This document shows, in pieces, positions 55,547-64,000 of a stretch of DNA of 64,000 nucleotides. The notes under the pieces are model-generated. The model had not been told where the DNA came from. It made no database searches and was given only the letters and a program-made list of their open reading frames with translations. Source of the stretch: Arsukibacterium tuosuense (GTDB lineage: Bacteria > Pseudomonadota > Gammaproteobacteria > Steroidobacterales > GCA-2729495). Location: the NCBI GenBank assembly GCA_945872065.1, contig CAMBYH010000005.1, forward strand, positions 10,775 to 74,774, in the 5' to 3' direction. The position numbers and the translations under genes were made by a program. How positions within the stretch are numbered: the stretch's first letter is position 1; every line of letters starts with the position of its first letter.

Positions 55547-56925
55547 TGAAAGCCCTCGAGCTCGGGCGAGTAGTTTTCAAACTTCGTGAACTTGCCCAGG
55601 AAAGTGAGGGGAAACTCCCCAGTAGGCCCGTTCCGCTGCTTAGCCACGTTGATATCGGCAATACCCTTCCGCGGGCTGTCGTGGTTGTAAACCTCATCGC
55701 GGTAGATGAACAGGATTAGGTCCGCATCCTGCTCGATGGCTCCCGACTCGCGCAGATCGGACATCACCGGCCGCTTGTCGGTTCGCGACTCCACACTTCT
55801 GTTGAGCTGGGACAAGGCGATTATCGGCAGGCGCAACTCCCGCGCAAGACCCTTCAGAGAACGCGAGATCTCGGAGATCTCCGTCGCCCGATTCTCGGCC
55901 GTGCCAGCCACACGCATCAGCTGCAGGTAGTCGATGACGATCAGGTCGAGGCCGCGCTCCCGCTGCAAGCGGCGAGCACGCGCACGGATCTCGGTGGGCG
56001 TCATGGATGGCGTGTCATCAATATAAATGGGGGCCTCTGCCATCTGCTGAATGGCGCCATTGATACGGGGCCAGTCGTCATCGCCAAAACGCCCGTTACG
56101 CAGGTGGGCCTGGTCTACACGGCCGAGCGAGGACACCATGCGGAAGGCCAGTTGCTCCACCGACATTTCCATACTGAACACCGCCGCGGATCGCTGGGCT
56201 CCAAGCGCCGCATTCTCGGCGATATTCAGTGCGAGGCTCGTTTTCCCCATGGACGGGCGACCGGCAATGATGACGAGGTCGCCCGGCTGCAATCCCGCAG
56301 TTATCTCATCGAGCTTGGTGAAGCCGGTCGGCAAGCCCGTGATTGAGCCCTTGGACTGGTGCAGCTTGTCGAGACGGTCGACCGTCGAGTTAAGGACTTC
56401 ACTCAGGCGGACAAATCCGGAGCCACGACGTTGTCCCCGCTCCGCGATCTCGAATACCCGATGCTCTGCCTCATCGACAAGCTCGGCAATCGGCCGGCCC
56501 TCCGGCCGGTAGGCAGACGATGCTATCCCGTTGCCAACTTCGATGAGCCGACGCAGCAGCGCCCGCTCACGAATGATGCGGGCGTAGTAAGCCACGTTCG
56601 CCGCGCTGGGAGTGTCGCTGACGAGGTCGCCCAGATAGGCGGCCCCGCCCGCCTCGGCGAGCTCGGACCGCGAGGCCAGGTACTCACCGAGCGTAACGGA
56701 GTCGGCAGGCTGACTGCGCTCGGCCAGCCCCTGGATGGCGCTGAAGATAAGCCGATGATCGGGACGGAAGAAGTCTGGGGCAGAGACGAGATCGGCAATG
56801 CGGTCCCAGCTACTGTTGTCGAGCATCAGGCCACCAAGCAGCGCCTGCTCGGCCTGATTGGAACTCGGCGGCACCGGGAGGTCAGTCATTGACCCGGTAT
56901 CGCGTCGCGGCCCGGGTATTGCCAT
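55543..56925 (-). CDS. dnaB: replicative DNA helicase DnaB
   Basis: PPSSNQAEQALLGGLMLD, GRPSMGKTS Walker A, IVIDYLQLM, SQLNRSVE. The start is ATG 56925 or ATG 56889; neither has a clear SD. Confidence 0.93.
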   Translation of the reverse strand: MAIPGPRRDTGSMTDLPVPPSSNQAEQALLGGLMLDNSSWDRIADLVSAPDFFRPDHRLIFSAIQGLAERSQPADSVTLGEYLASRSELAEAGGAAYLGDLVSDTPSAANVAYYARIIRERALLRRLIEVGNGIASSAYRPEGRPIAELVDEAEHRVFEIAERGQRRGSGFVRLSEVLNSTVDRLDKLHQSKGSITGLPTGFTKLDEITAGLQPGDLVIIAGRPSMGKTSLALNIAENAALGAQRSAAVFSMEMSVEQLAFRMVSSLGRVDQAHLRNGRFGDDDWPRINGAIQQMAEAPIYIDDTPSMTPTEIRARARRLQRERGLDLIVIDYLQLMRVAGTAENRATEISEISRSLKGLARELRLPIIALSQLNRSVESRTDKRPVMSDLRESGAIEQDADLILFIYRDEVYNHDSPRKGIADINVAKQRNGPTGEFPLTFLGKFTKFENYSPELEGFQ

Positions 56926-56986
56926 GTGCGCTTGCCGATTCTCGCCCTGTAGTCCTGAATCCTGCCAGGCGCCGACTGAGCCGGGC

Positions 56987-57454
56987 CTAGGTGGCCTGGC
57001 CGCTGTCGTCCTCGGCAACGACCGTGATGCGGATGGTGGCGTTCACGTCGCTGTGCAGGTGCAGGACGATGGCGTGTTGGCCCACAGTGCGGATCGGGCC
57101 ATCCGGCAGACGAATCTCGGCACGCTTGATGGGCACGCCGGCCGCTGTGCAGGCCTCGGCAATATCTGCGGTACCCAGGGACCCGAACAACTTGCCTTCG
57201 GTGCCTGCCTTCGCGGCGAGACGCAGAGTCAGCTTGGCGGCACTGGCAGCTCGCTGGGTGGCGGCCTGAAGTTCATCAGCTTCCTTCTTCTCAAGGTCTG
57301 CGCGGCGTGCCTCAAAGATGGCGATGTTGGAGGGGGTAGCGAGCGTTGCCTTGCCCCGGGGCACGAGGAAGTTGCGGCCGTAACCGGAACGGACCTTGAC
57401 GCGGTCGCCAATGTTGCCCAGGTTTTGGACCTTCTCGAGAAGAATCACGTCCAT
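56987..57454 (-). CDS. rplI: 50S ribosomal protein L9
   Basis: [36 protein letters not shown]. Confidence 0.97.
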   Translation of the reverse strand: MDVILLEKVQNLGNIGDRVKVRSGYGRNFLVPRGKATLATPSNIAIFEARRADLEKKEADELQAATQRAASAAKLTLRLAAKAGTEGKLFGSLGTADIAEACTAAGVPIKRAEIRLPDGPIRTVGQHAIVLHLHSDVNATIRITVVAEDDSGQAT

Positions 57455-57500
57455 GCTTAGAATCTCTTAGGTTAAGTTTGGCGCCAGTCGGGGGCGCGTA

Positions 57501-58382
57501 TTAAACCACATTCGCGGGCCGGCGGCGCAGGGCAAAGGCATTGTCAACCAGGCCGGCAACTGCCAGTGCCAGCAGCACGAGGCCCGCTGGCGGCGCGCCC
57601 AGCAACAAGGGTCCGTAGAGCACCAGGGGCCAGATGCGGGGCCAGCGCCGCTGGTCGGCGGTCCAGTGGACGATTGCGAGGCCCTGGGTAGCGAAGCCGG
57701 TACCAAGCACCAGGAGCGCTCCACCCCCGACGCTCACGAACCCGGCGAAGGTCAGCAGTGTGGCCACCCCGGCCGCGAGCGAGAGCACCAGTCCGAGGCG
57801 CAGTTCCAGGAACTGTTGCCGCCATTCGCTGCTGGTGGTGTCCCGGTCCAGCCACAGACCCAGCATCACGGCCAGCACGAGGGTTGAGAGCAGGCTGGCG
57901 CCGATAATCCCGTGCATCAGGGTTGCCACCGTCCCCAGCCAGCCGGCCGGCAAACCGCTCACCTGGGGCAAACCAGCCGCCTGGATCAGGGCCTCAAGAA
58001 CGGGCTGCCAGTGGGAGCGTGGATCTGGAATGGCCACGCCAGCCGCCAGGACTCCCAGCAGGGCGAGAACCACGAGAGCCTGGACCGCCAGGTCCACGGA
58101 CTGATAACGCCCCAGGAGGATGCCACCCAGAAGCGCGCCACCCCACAGGGCAGAGGCCCCGAGGAATGCCGTAAGGGCACCAGCCCCAGCCCCACCCGCC
58201 CCGGTGCCCGACAGGGCCACAAGGCCGGTGAGCAGGGTCAGGCTGACCGCGACATCCAGTACGGCTGCCTGTCCGCCATGACGCCGGGCGGTCATGACCA
58301 CGATGGCCGCGCTGATGAGATTGGTCAGGGGCAGAACGAAGCTTATGACGATCCCGGCGATCCGCGACCATCGGTGCTTCAA
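57501..58382 (-). CDS. polytopic membrane protein inserted between rpsR and rplI (possibly DUF2232/YybS-like)
   Basis: ~290 aa with 7-8 Gly/Ala/Leu-rich TM helices and strong GC3 bias. The first codon is TTG. The family call is from gene context and composition only. Confidence 0.6.
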   Translation of the reverse strand: MKHRWSRIAGIVISFVLPLTNLISAAIVVMTARRHGGQAAVLDVAVSLTLLTGLVALSGTGAGGAGAGALTAFLGASALWGGALLGGILLGRYQSVDLAVQALVVLALLGVLAAGVAIPDPRSHWQPVLEALIQAAGLPQVSGLPAGWLGTVATLMHGIIGASLLSTLVLAVMLGLWLDRDTTSSEWRQQFLELRLGLVLSLAAGVATLLTFAGFVSVGGGALLVLGTGFATQGLAIVHWTADQRRWPRIWPLVLYGPLLLGAPPAGLVLLALAVAGLVDNAFALRRRPANVV

Positions 58383-58466
58383 GAGCCACTCAGAGACGGC
58401 GTTTACGGCAGCGACCCACCAGCCAGGCAGGACCCGAACGCAGGCGCCCGGGTCGCCCTCCGGTAC

Positions 58467-58691
58467 TCAGTGCTTGTCGGTATAGGGCAGCAGCGCAAGA
58501 AAGCGGGCTCGCTTCACCGCCGTGGACAACTGGCGCTGATACCGTGCTTTGGTGCCAGTAATCCGGCTCGGCACGATCTTCCCGGTTTCCGTGACATACG
58601 CCCGCAGCGTCTCGAGATCCTTGTAGTCGATCTCCTTGATGCCCTCAGCCGTGAATTTGCAAAACTTGCGACGACGAAAATACTTGCTCAT
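58467..58691 (-). CDS. rpsR: 30S ribosomal protein S18
   Basis: [47 protein letters not shown]. Confidence 0.97.
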   Translation of the reverse strand: MSKYFRRRKFCKFTAEGIKEIDYKDLETLRAYVTETGKIVPSRITGTKARYQRQLSTAVKRARFLALLPYTDKH

Positions 58692-58727
58692 GAATCTGGT
58701 GTCCTTGAATTTCGGGCAGACGACTGA

Positions 58728-59156
58728 CTAGGAGATGACGCCATCGGCACTGGCCGAGTCGCCATCATCAGCGCGGGGCCTGCCCGGGCCGTCATCGTTG
58801 TCCTCAGAGCGCCCTAGTACCGCCCGGCTGCCGTCATCAGCAGCCTTGACCAGCGGGGACGGGTCAGTGACCGCATCATCCCGACCCATCACCAGGTGAC
58901 GGAGCACCGCATCGCTGAACCGAAATGAACCAACGAGCTCGGCCAGTGTGGTCTGGTCGCACTCGATATTCATGAGTGCGTAGTGGGCCTTGTGCACCTT
59001 GTTGATGGAGTGCGCCAGCTGCCGCCGACCCCAGTCCTCAACGCGATGGATACTGCCGCCGCCGGCAGTAATCATCGTGCGATAGCGCTCAATCATGGCG
59101 GGCACCTGCTCGCTCTGATCGGGATGGACGAGGAACACAATCTCGTAGTGACGCAT
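58728..59156 (-). CDS. rpsF: 30S ribosomal protein S6
   Basis: [18 protein letters not shown]...[13 protein letters not shown] with an acidic C-terminal tail. AAGGAG RBS upstream. Confidence 0.97.
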   Translation of the reverse strand: MRHYEIVFLVHPDQSEQVPAMIERYRTMITAGGGSIHRVEDWGRRQLAHSINKVHKAHYALMNIECDQTTLAELVGSFRFSDAVLRHLVMGRDDAVTDPSPLVKAADDGSRAVLGRSEDNDDGPGRPRADDGDSASADGVIS

Positions 59157-59286
59157 GGCAACTCCTTATGGATTAAAGCCACCCATCTGACTCCGGGTAA
59201 CCTGGACGAGGATATCCAGGCATCGAGGCCGTGTGGTGTGGCAAGGGCCGCTTGGGGGGAGGACCCCCTGGTGCGGGACGCGAATC

Positions 59287-60054
59287 TTACCGGACAGGAC
59301 GGGCCCGAGGCAACCTGTCCGCGACCGAGCGCTGGCGGAGGCACTCATACAGGCAGATTCCGGTAGCCACGGCCACGTTCAGGCTGCTGACGGTGCCGTG
59401 CATGGGAAGCTGGACCCTGTGGTCGCAACGCTCGCTGGTCAAGCGCCTCAGCCCCTCCCCTTCAGCGCCGAGAACCATGGCGATGCCAGTAGTCAGATCG
59501 ACGTCGTAAAGCGAAGTTTCTGCTGCGTCGTCCGTACCGACGATCCATAAACCCTGGCTCTTCAAAGCCTCAAGAAAGCGCACCAGGTTGCTGACCTGCA
59601 CGATGGCCTGCGATTCCGCGGCTCCCGCCGCTACCTTGCTGACCACCGGGGTCACATCCACATTTCGGTGGCGGGCGACAACCACCAGATTGACCCCAGC
59701 TGCGTCAGCCGTTCTCAGGCAAGCGCCGAAATTGCGGGGATCCTGTACGCCATCTAGAACCAGAACCAGTGGACGCGGAACCCGCGCCAGAAGATCCCGG
59801 GCAGCGCCCTCTGAGAGCGGCCCTGACTCCGTCGCCAGAGCAGCCACGCCCTGGTGCTTCGGGGTGCCGGTCAGCTTCTCGAGTTCGTCCGCCGAAACCT
59901 GCGTGATACGGATACGGTCGGAAAGCACATCAGCAAGCCTCGCCCGGCGCTCTTCACCCAGATCAGACTGGAGATAAACCCGCTCAACCGCGTCGGGCCG
60001 TGACAGCAGAAGCTGCCGCACGGGATGAATGCCGTAAATGAGACGCTGGCTCAC
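59287..60054 (-). CDS. rlmB: 23S rRNA (guanosine2251-2'-O)-methyltransferase RlmB
   Basis: SpoU/TrmH motifs (LDGVQDPRNFGACLRTA, VLGAEGEGLR, LPMHGTVSSLNVAVATGI). Proposed GTG start at 60054, 8 nt after the rnr stop. The longer track ORF lies inside rnr. Confidence 0.9.
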   Translation of the reverse strand: MSQRLIYGIHPVRQLLLSRPDAVERVYLQSDLGEERRARLADVLSDRIRITQVSADELEKLTGTPKHQGVAALATESGPLSEGAARDLLARVPRPLVLVLDGVQDPRNFGACLRTADAAGVNLVVVARHRNVDVTPVVSKVAAGAAESQAIVQVSNLVRFLEALKSQGLWIVGTDDAAETSLYDVDLTTGIAMVLGAEGEGLRRLTSERCDHRVQLPMHGTVSSLNVAVATGICLYECLRQRSVADRLPRARPVR

Positions 60055-60061
60055 CGGATCC

Positions 60062-62320
60062 CTAGCGACGCGACCGGGAGGTACGTTTCCGGCCAGGACT
60101 CTGCGACCCGACCGGGCGTTTCCCTGCTGGCTGCTGTCTGCCGCCAACCTCGAGCGCGAGGTCGATTTTAGCCTCTTCAGTATCCACCCGCACCACACGC
60201 ACGCGGACGTCGTCTCCCAGGCGGAATGCGCGTCCGGTACGCTCGCCCTTGAGGCCGCGCGCCCCGGGTTCGAGGTGATAGTAGTCACTCGGCAGACTTG
60301 TTACGTGAATCAGTCCGTCCACAAGCAGGTCGCGAAGCATCACGAAGAGGCCAAAATGGGTTACCCCAGTAACCACGCCATCCAGCGTGGCACCAACCTG
60401 ATCCTCCATGAACAGACACTTGCAGCGCGACTCGACGTAACGGGTGGCCTCATCAGCCCGTCGCTCCTGCATTGACGTCGTCGTCCCCAGCTGCTCGGCG
60501 GCTGGCACATCCACAGCGAATGCGGCGGGCTTGCCGCCATCGAGGAGGTGGCCAATCCCGCGATGCACGAGCAGATCCGGGTAGCGCCTGATCGGGGACG
60601 TAAAATGGGCGTAAGTGCTCAGGGCCAGGCCAAAGTGCCCCTTGTTCGCCGGCTGATACACAGCCTGCTTCATGCTCCGGAGAACCGCAGTCGCTAGCAT
60701 GGGGAAATCCGGCCGGTCACTAATGAGCTTGAGGACGCGATTGATCTCGGCAGGTCGTGTTCCCGCAGTCTCCGCGATTGGTATGCCAAGCCCCTGAAAC
60801 AGGAGACGCAGATCGTCCAGCCTGTCCCCTTCTGGTCCCGCATGGACGCGATACAAGGTCGTCAGCTTGTGCTTACCAAGGTAGCGAGCCGCCTCGACAT
60901 TGGCCGCAATCATGCACTCCTCGATCAGGCGGTGGGCGTCGTTGCGGCGCCGGGAGGCCACACCGACGATGGTACCGGCAGCATCCAGCTGGATCTTGAC
61001 CTCGGGAAGATCGAGATCCAGTGCCCCGCGCAGCCCGCGCGCCTGATGAAGACCGGCAAAGACCCCGTAGAGGTTGTCAATTACGGGCTGAACAGCCTTG
61101 GGAACGCCTGAGTCCGGTTCTCCACGCTGGTAAAGGTCCACGGCGTTGTAGGTCAGACGAGCCCAGGAATGCATCAGACCGCGATAGAAGGTGGAACCCG
61201 TAACGTTGCCCTTCTGGTCAACGCGCATATCGCAGACCATGCACAGGCGGTCCACGGCTGGCTTGAGTGAGCACAGCTCGTTGGACAGCTCTTCGGGCAG
61301 CATCGGGACGACCCGGTCTGGGAAGTACACCGAAGTACCCCGGCGCCGCGCCTCGGTGTCGATTGACTCCCCGCTCCGGACGTAGTGGGAAACGTCAGCA
61401 ATGGCAACGACAAGTCGCCAGCCATCGCCCTGGGGCTCAGCAAATACAGCATCATCGAAGTCCCGGGCGTCTTCACCGTCGATTGTGACCAGTGGCAGCT
61501 TGCGCAGGTCGGTCCGGCCGCGCTTGTCGGCGGGATCCACCTCAAGTCCAATCAGGCGCGCATCCGCCAGGGTCTTCTCGGCCCATCGGGACGGAACATG
61601 GAACATCTCTATGGCGGCATTCGTCAGCACCCGGGGATCGCGCGGATCCCCCAATACCTCAACCACCCTGCCACGGGCCTCATGCTCAGGACCGGGGTAC
61701 TCAAGAATCTCGAGCTTGACGAGTTGGCCCGGCTCCGCATTGCCACGGTCGCGATCGGTGACGATGAAATGGTGGGGTGAACGGCCACTCTCGACGACCC
61801 AGCCAAGGTCGCGCTCCCGGTGATAACGGCCGACAAAACTGTCCCGGCTGCGCGCAAGAATCTCCACCACCGTACCCGCGCGACGACCGCCCCGCCCGCT
61901 TCCCGAGAGCCGGACGGCGACCCGATCACCATCCAGCACAGCGCGCATATCCGGCACCGGGAGATAGACGTCATCGGAGCCATCGTCGGGGACCAAAAAG
62001 CCGAAGCCATCCCGGTGGGCAGTGACTGTTCCGGGAATAACATCGAGCTTCTCGCTGAGGCAATACTCACCGCGGCGATTGACCAGCAACTGACCCGCGG
62101 TGCGCAATGCCTCAAGACGGCGCCGTAGATCTGCCACCTGCCGCTCTCCGCTCACCTCGAGAGAAGACGCCAGCGAGGCCAGAGTCAGAGGAATACCCTG
62201 CTGACGAAAGACGGCAAGGAGGGAATTCGGGTCCGGAACCGGGTGACGGTACGCCGAATCCGGTCCGGTTTTGGCGGGGCCCGCCGGCGGCGACGGGCGC
62301 CGCCCACGCTGCTTACGCAT
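60062..62320 (-). CDS. rnr: ribonuclease R
   Basis: RNB catalytic block (TIDGEDARDFDDAV...), cold-shock-like N-terminus, C-terminal S1 domain and basic tail. ATG at 62320 (TTG at 62323 is also in frame). Confidence 0.95.
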   Translation of the reverse strand: MRKQRGRRPSPPAGPAKTGPDSAYRHPVPDPNSLLAVFRQQGIPLTLASLASSLEVSGERQVADLRRRLEALRTAGQLLVNRRGEYCLSEKLDVIPGTVTAHRDGFGFLVPDDGSDDVYLPVPDMRAVLDGDRVAVRLSGSGRGGRRAGTVVEILARSRDSFVGRYHRERDLGWVVESGRSPHHFIVTDRDRGNAEPGQLVKLEILEYPGPEHEARGRVVEVLGDPRDPRVLTNAAIEMFHVPSRWAEKTLADARLIGLEVDPADKRGRTDLRKLPLVTIDGEDARDFDDAVFAEPQGDGWRLVVAIADVSHYVRSGESIDTEARRRGTSVYFPDRVVPMLPEELSNELCSLKPAVDRLCMVCDMRVDQKGNVTGSTFYRGLMHSWARLTYNAVDLYQRGEPDSGVPKAVQPVIDNLYGVFAGLHQARGLRGALDLDLPEVKIQLDAAGTIVGVASRRRNDAHRLIEECMIAANVEAARYLGKHKLTTLYRVHAGPEGDRLDDLRLLFQGLGIPIAETAGTRPAEINRVLKLISDRPDFPMLATAVLRSMKQAVYQPANKGHFGLALSTYAHFTSPIRRYPDLLVHRGIGHLLDGGKPAAFAVDVPAAEQLGTTTSMQERRADEATRYVESRCKCLFMEDQVGATLDGVVTGVTHFGLFVMLRDLLVDGLIHVTSLPSDYYHLEPGARGLKGERTGRAFRLGDDVRVRVVRVDTEEAKIDLALEVGGRQQPAGKRPVGSQSPGRKRTSRSRR

Positions 62321-62349
62321 CAAGTGCTGCTGTCAATTCGGTCATTTCG

Positions 62350-62378
62350 TTGACAAGCATACAGCCTGCCATTAGATT
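62350..62378 (+). promoter_or_regulatory. candidate sigma70 promoter for tRNA-Leu
   Basis: TTGACA (62350-55), a 17-nt spacer, then TAGATT (62373-78). Lies ~30 nt upstream of the tRNA 5' end. Confidence 0.55.
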
Positions 62379-62408
62379 GCCGCACTCTTAATTGAGCCGT
62401 ACCACCGC

Positions 62409-62495
<87 letters not shown>

Positions 62496-62543
62496 CGTGA
62501 GACGACTTAAAGCTGCGTAACCTTGCGCTGGCTTGAGCAACTA

Positions 62544-62576
62544 CCCTGCCGGGTGCCTGCGGGCACTCAGGCAGGG
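62544..62576. terminator. GC-rich nested inverted repeat between convergent tRNA-Leu and lipoprotein gene (possible bidirectional terminator)
   Basis: CCCTGCC...GGCAGGG encloses GTGCC-TGCG-GGCAC. There is no clear U-tract on either strand. Confidence 0.35.
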
Positions 62577-62581
62577 CTCCC

Positions 62582-63496
62582 TTACCGACTACCTGACGCT
62601 GGGTTGCTGGCTTTTACCAGTGAATCGAAGTCTGCGGCGTAGGTTTTGAGATTCTTCTGCAGGCGCTTTGCCTGGACTGGCGTGAGGTTTCCAAGAACCT
62701 CTGCGACCAGCCTGAAGGAGTATTGCCGGTTCTCCTCCACGAGAGCCCGGTATCCGGGGGCATCAAACTGGTTGGGATCAAGCACTAGCTCTGTGAACCG
62801 GTCCACAAAGACCGGATCAGCTTTCCTGCCCGTCATCAGTACCCGAAACTCTCCCTGCCAGACCGCCCGCCGACGGAGCCAGTCGCTGGACAGATCGTGC
62901 ATCTGCGCCGTCTGCCCTGTGACGAGAGCCTCCTGCGAGGTATTCAGCGTGCCGGTGAAGCGGCGAAACGCCTGGATAATCTCCTTGTCCCGCTTGGCAC
63001 GGCGCTCTTCCGGACTGACACCCGAGTAGTCTTCCTCAAGCTCGCTGTTCTCCTCGGCAAGCCTGGCAAAGAGTGACTCAACCTGCTCATCGGACAGTGT
63101 CTGCAGCAGGCGGGCCAGGTCCGGGGCCACGTGCCGAAGCAGCGCGTCCCACAACTCAACAACCTCCGCGTAGCGGGTGGCCAGAAACTCAGCGTCGACG
63201 GAAGTCTCCGCCCCTTCGAGCAGCCTGCGGGCCAGCGCTGCGTACTGCGGTAGCTGGGTGGTGCGATGCCAGCTGAGAGTCTGGGCAATCAGCCGCTTCG
63301 CCTGCGGCTCCTGCGCCCGGTCCAGCTCAAAGTAATCCTCGACGTACCAGAGAGCCAGCCAGTCCAGCTGGTTGTAGGCAACCCGAATAACGCAGCCCCC
63401 GAGCACCGTTACCAGCACCAGCCCGGTTATCAGCAGCCTGACCCCGCGCCAATGGCGGGTCCATATGCTGTCGGGCGGCACTGTCATTACCCTCAC
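62582..63496 (-). CDS. hypothetical lipoprotein (DUF6279-like)
   Basis: TM/lipobox LVTVLGGC, then AYNQLDWLALWYVEDYFELD, and a helical body. Start is GTG 63496 or ATG 63487. Confidence 0.65.
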   Translation of the reverse strand: MRVMTVPPDSIWTRHWRGVRLLITGLVLVTVLGGCVIRVAYNQLDWLALWYVEDYFELDRAQEPQAKRLIAQTLSWHRTTQLPQYAALARRLLEGAETSVDAEFLATRYAEVVELWDALLRHVAPDLARLLQTLSDEQVESLFARLAEENSELEEDYSGVSPEERRAKRDKEIIQAFRRFTGTLNTSQEALVTGQTAQMHDLSSDWLRRRAVWQGEFRVLMTGRKADPVFVDRFTELVLDPNQFDAPGYRALVEENRQYSFRLVAEVLGNLTPVQAKRLQKNLKTYAADFDSLVKASNPASGSR

Positions 63497-63513
63497 AGAT
63501 TCAGCGGGCTGGA

Positions 63514-64000
63514 TCAGCCATAGGGGTGGCGCACAATGATGTTGTGATCGCGATCAGGGCCTGTCGAGATCATGTCGACGGGTATGCCGACTATTTCCTC
63601 AAGCCGCTGCAGATATGCCCGGGCCTCAGCAGGCAACCCATCAATACTCCGGATGCCCTTCGTGGACCCGGACCAGCCCGGGACTTCCACGTAATCAGGC
63701 TCTACAGCGCTGTACTGATCAACGAGCAGCGGCGGATTGGTGCTCACATCGCCATTCAGGCGGTAGCCCGTACAGACCTTAACGACGGGAAAGCCATCCA
63801 GTACATCAAGCTTGGTGACGCAGAGGCCGGTAACGCTGCTATTGATCACGGCCCGCCGCACGGCTACGGCATCAAACCAGCCACAGCGCCGCGGACGGCC
63901 TGTCGTGGACCCGAACTCGACTCCCACTCTTGCCAGCCGCTCGCCAGCCTCGTCAAAAAGTTCGGTGGGAAATGGGCCGCTGCCCACCCGGGTGGCATAG
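63514..64000 (-). CDS. purA: adenylosuccinate synthetase, C-terminal part (5' end outside window)
   Basis: TRVGSGPFPTEL, GSTTGRPRRCGWFD, VTKLDVLDG. The ORF is open to the right edge. Confidence 0.95.
   Translation of the reverse strand, partial: YATRVGSGPFPTELFDEAGERLARVGVEFGSTTGRPRRCGWFDAVAVRRAVINSSVTGLCVTKLDVLDGFPVVKVCTGYRLNGDVSTNPPLLVDQYSAVEPDYVEVPGWSGSTKGIRSIDGLPAEARAYLQRLEEIVGIPVDMISTGPDRDHNIIVRHPYG

Noticed and set aside
58691-58728. Absence of priB between rpsF and rpsR.
   Set aside because: Only 36 nt separate the two genes, so nothing is hidden there. As far as I recall, an rpsF-rpsR arrangement without an intervening priB also occurs in gammaproteobacteria outside the enterics, so this is not anomalous.
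59157-59286. Possible structured rpsF 5' leader (S6:S18-binding autoregulatory RNA); hairpins CCTGGA-N8-TCCAGG and GGGGG-TCCT-CCCCC on the minus strand.
   Set aside because: The hairpins are short and I cannot verify the conserved leader motif from memory. This needs a covariance-model scan before any claim.

Overview
This is a GC-rich chromosomal segment (mid-60s % by eye, not computed) that looks gammaproteobacterial. It is almost wall-to-wall core genes on both strands. The conserved blocks, in order:
- ppsA (3' part), orn/rsgA, and recR-ybaB-dnaX preceded by the 4.5S SRP RNA.
- An Mrp-Nfu-Sel1 Fe-S module.
- tRNA-Ser, then lipoprotein-dapA divergent from gcvR-bcp-bepA.
- mlaA and mlaFEDCB, then a class I aldolase.
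- An Rrf2-sufBCDSUT operon.
- sppA, then a TatT-type TRAP transporter.
- rpsP-rimM-trmD-rplS, ffh, radA, alr-dnaB.
- rpsF-rpsR-(membrane protein)-rplI, rnr-rlmB, tRNA-Leu and purA (3' part).

I see no transposase, integrase, phage gene, CRISPR array, toxin-antitoxin pair or recognisable defence system. Most of the window is ordinary.

Four modules are least explained by textbook annotation:
1. A five-gene operon at 14.1-19.6 kb. It combines a divergent MBOAT-like membrane protein, an adenylating enzyme, a small carrier protein and an LtaS/OpgB-type transferase. This is Dlt-like logic in a Gram-negative setting.
2. A cyanophycin-synthetase-like ATP-grasp protein at 1.9-4.5 kb. Its Mur-ligase domain is truncated and its P-loop is lost. 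It is translationally coupled to a SAM methyltransferase.
3. A CHASE2 Ser/Thr kinase, PP2C phosphatase and double-FHA protein at 50.3-54.4 kb, wedged between radA and alr.
4. An HCF101-like Mrp-DUF971 fusion coupled to Nfu and a Sel1-repeat protein.

All family calls come from motif recognition by eye; no searches were run. The ORF track translates GTG/TTG starts as M, so several start codons are uncertain. These are flagged in the feature evidence.
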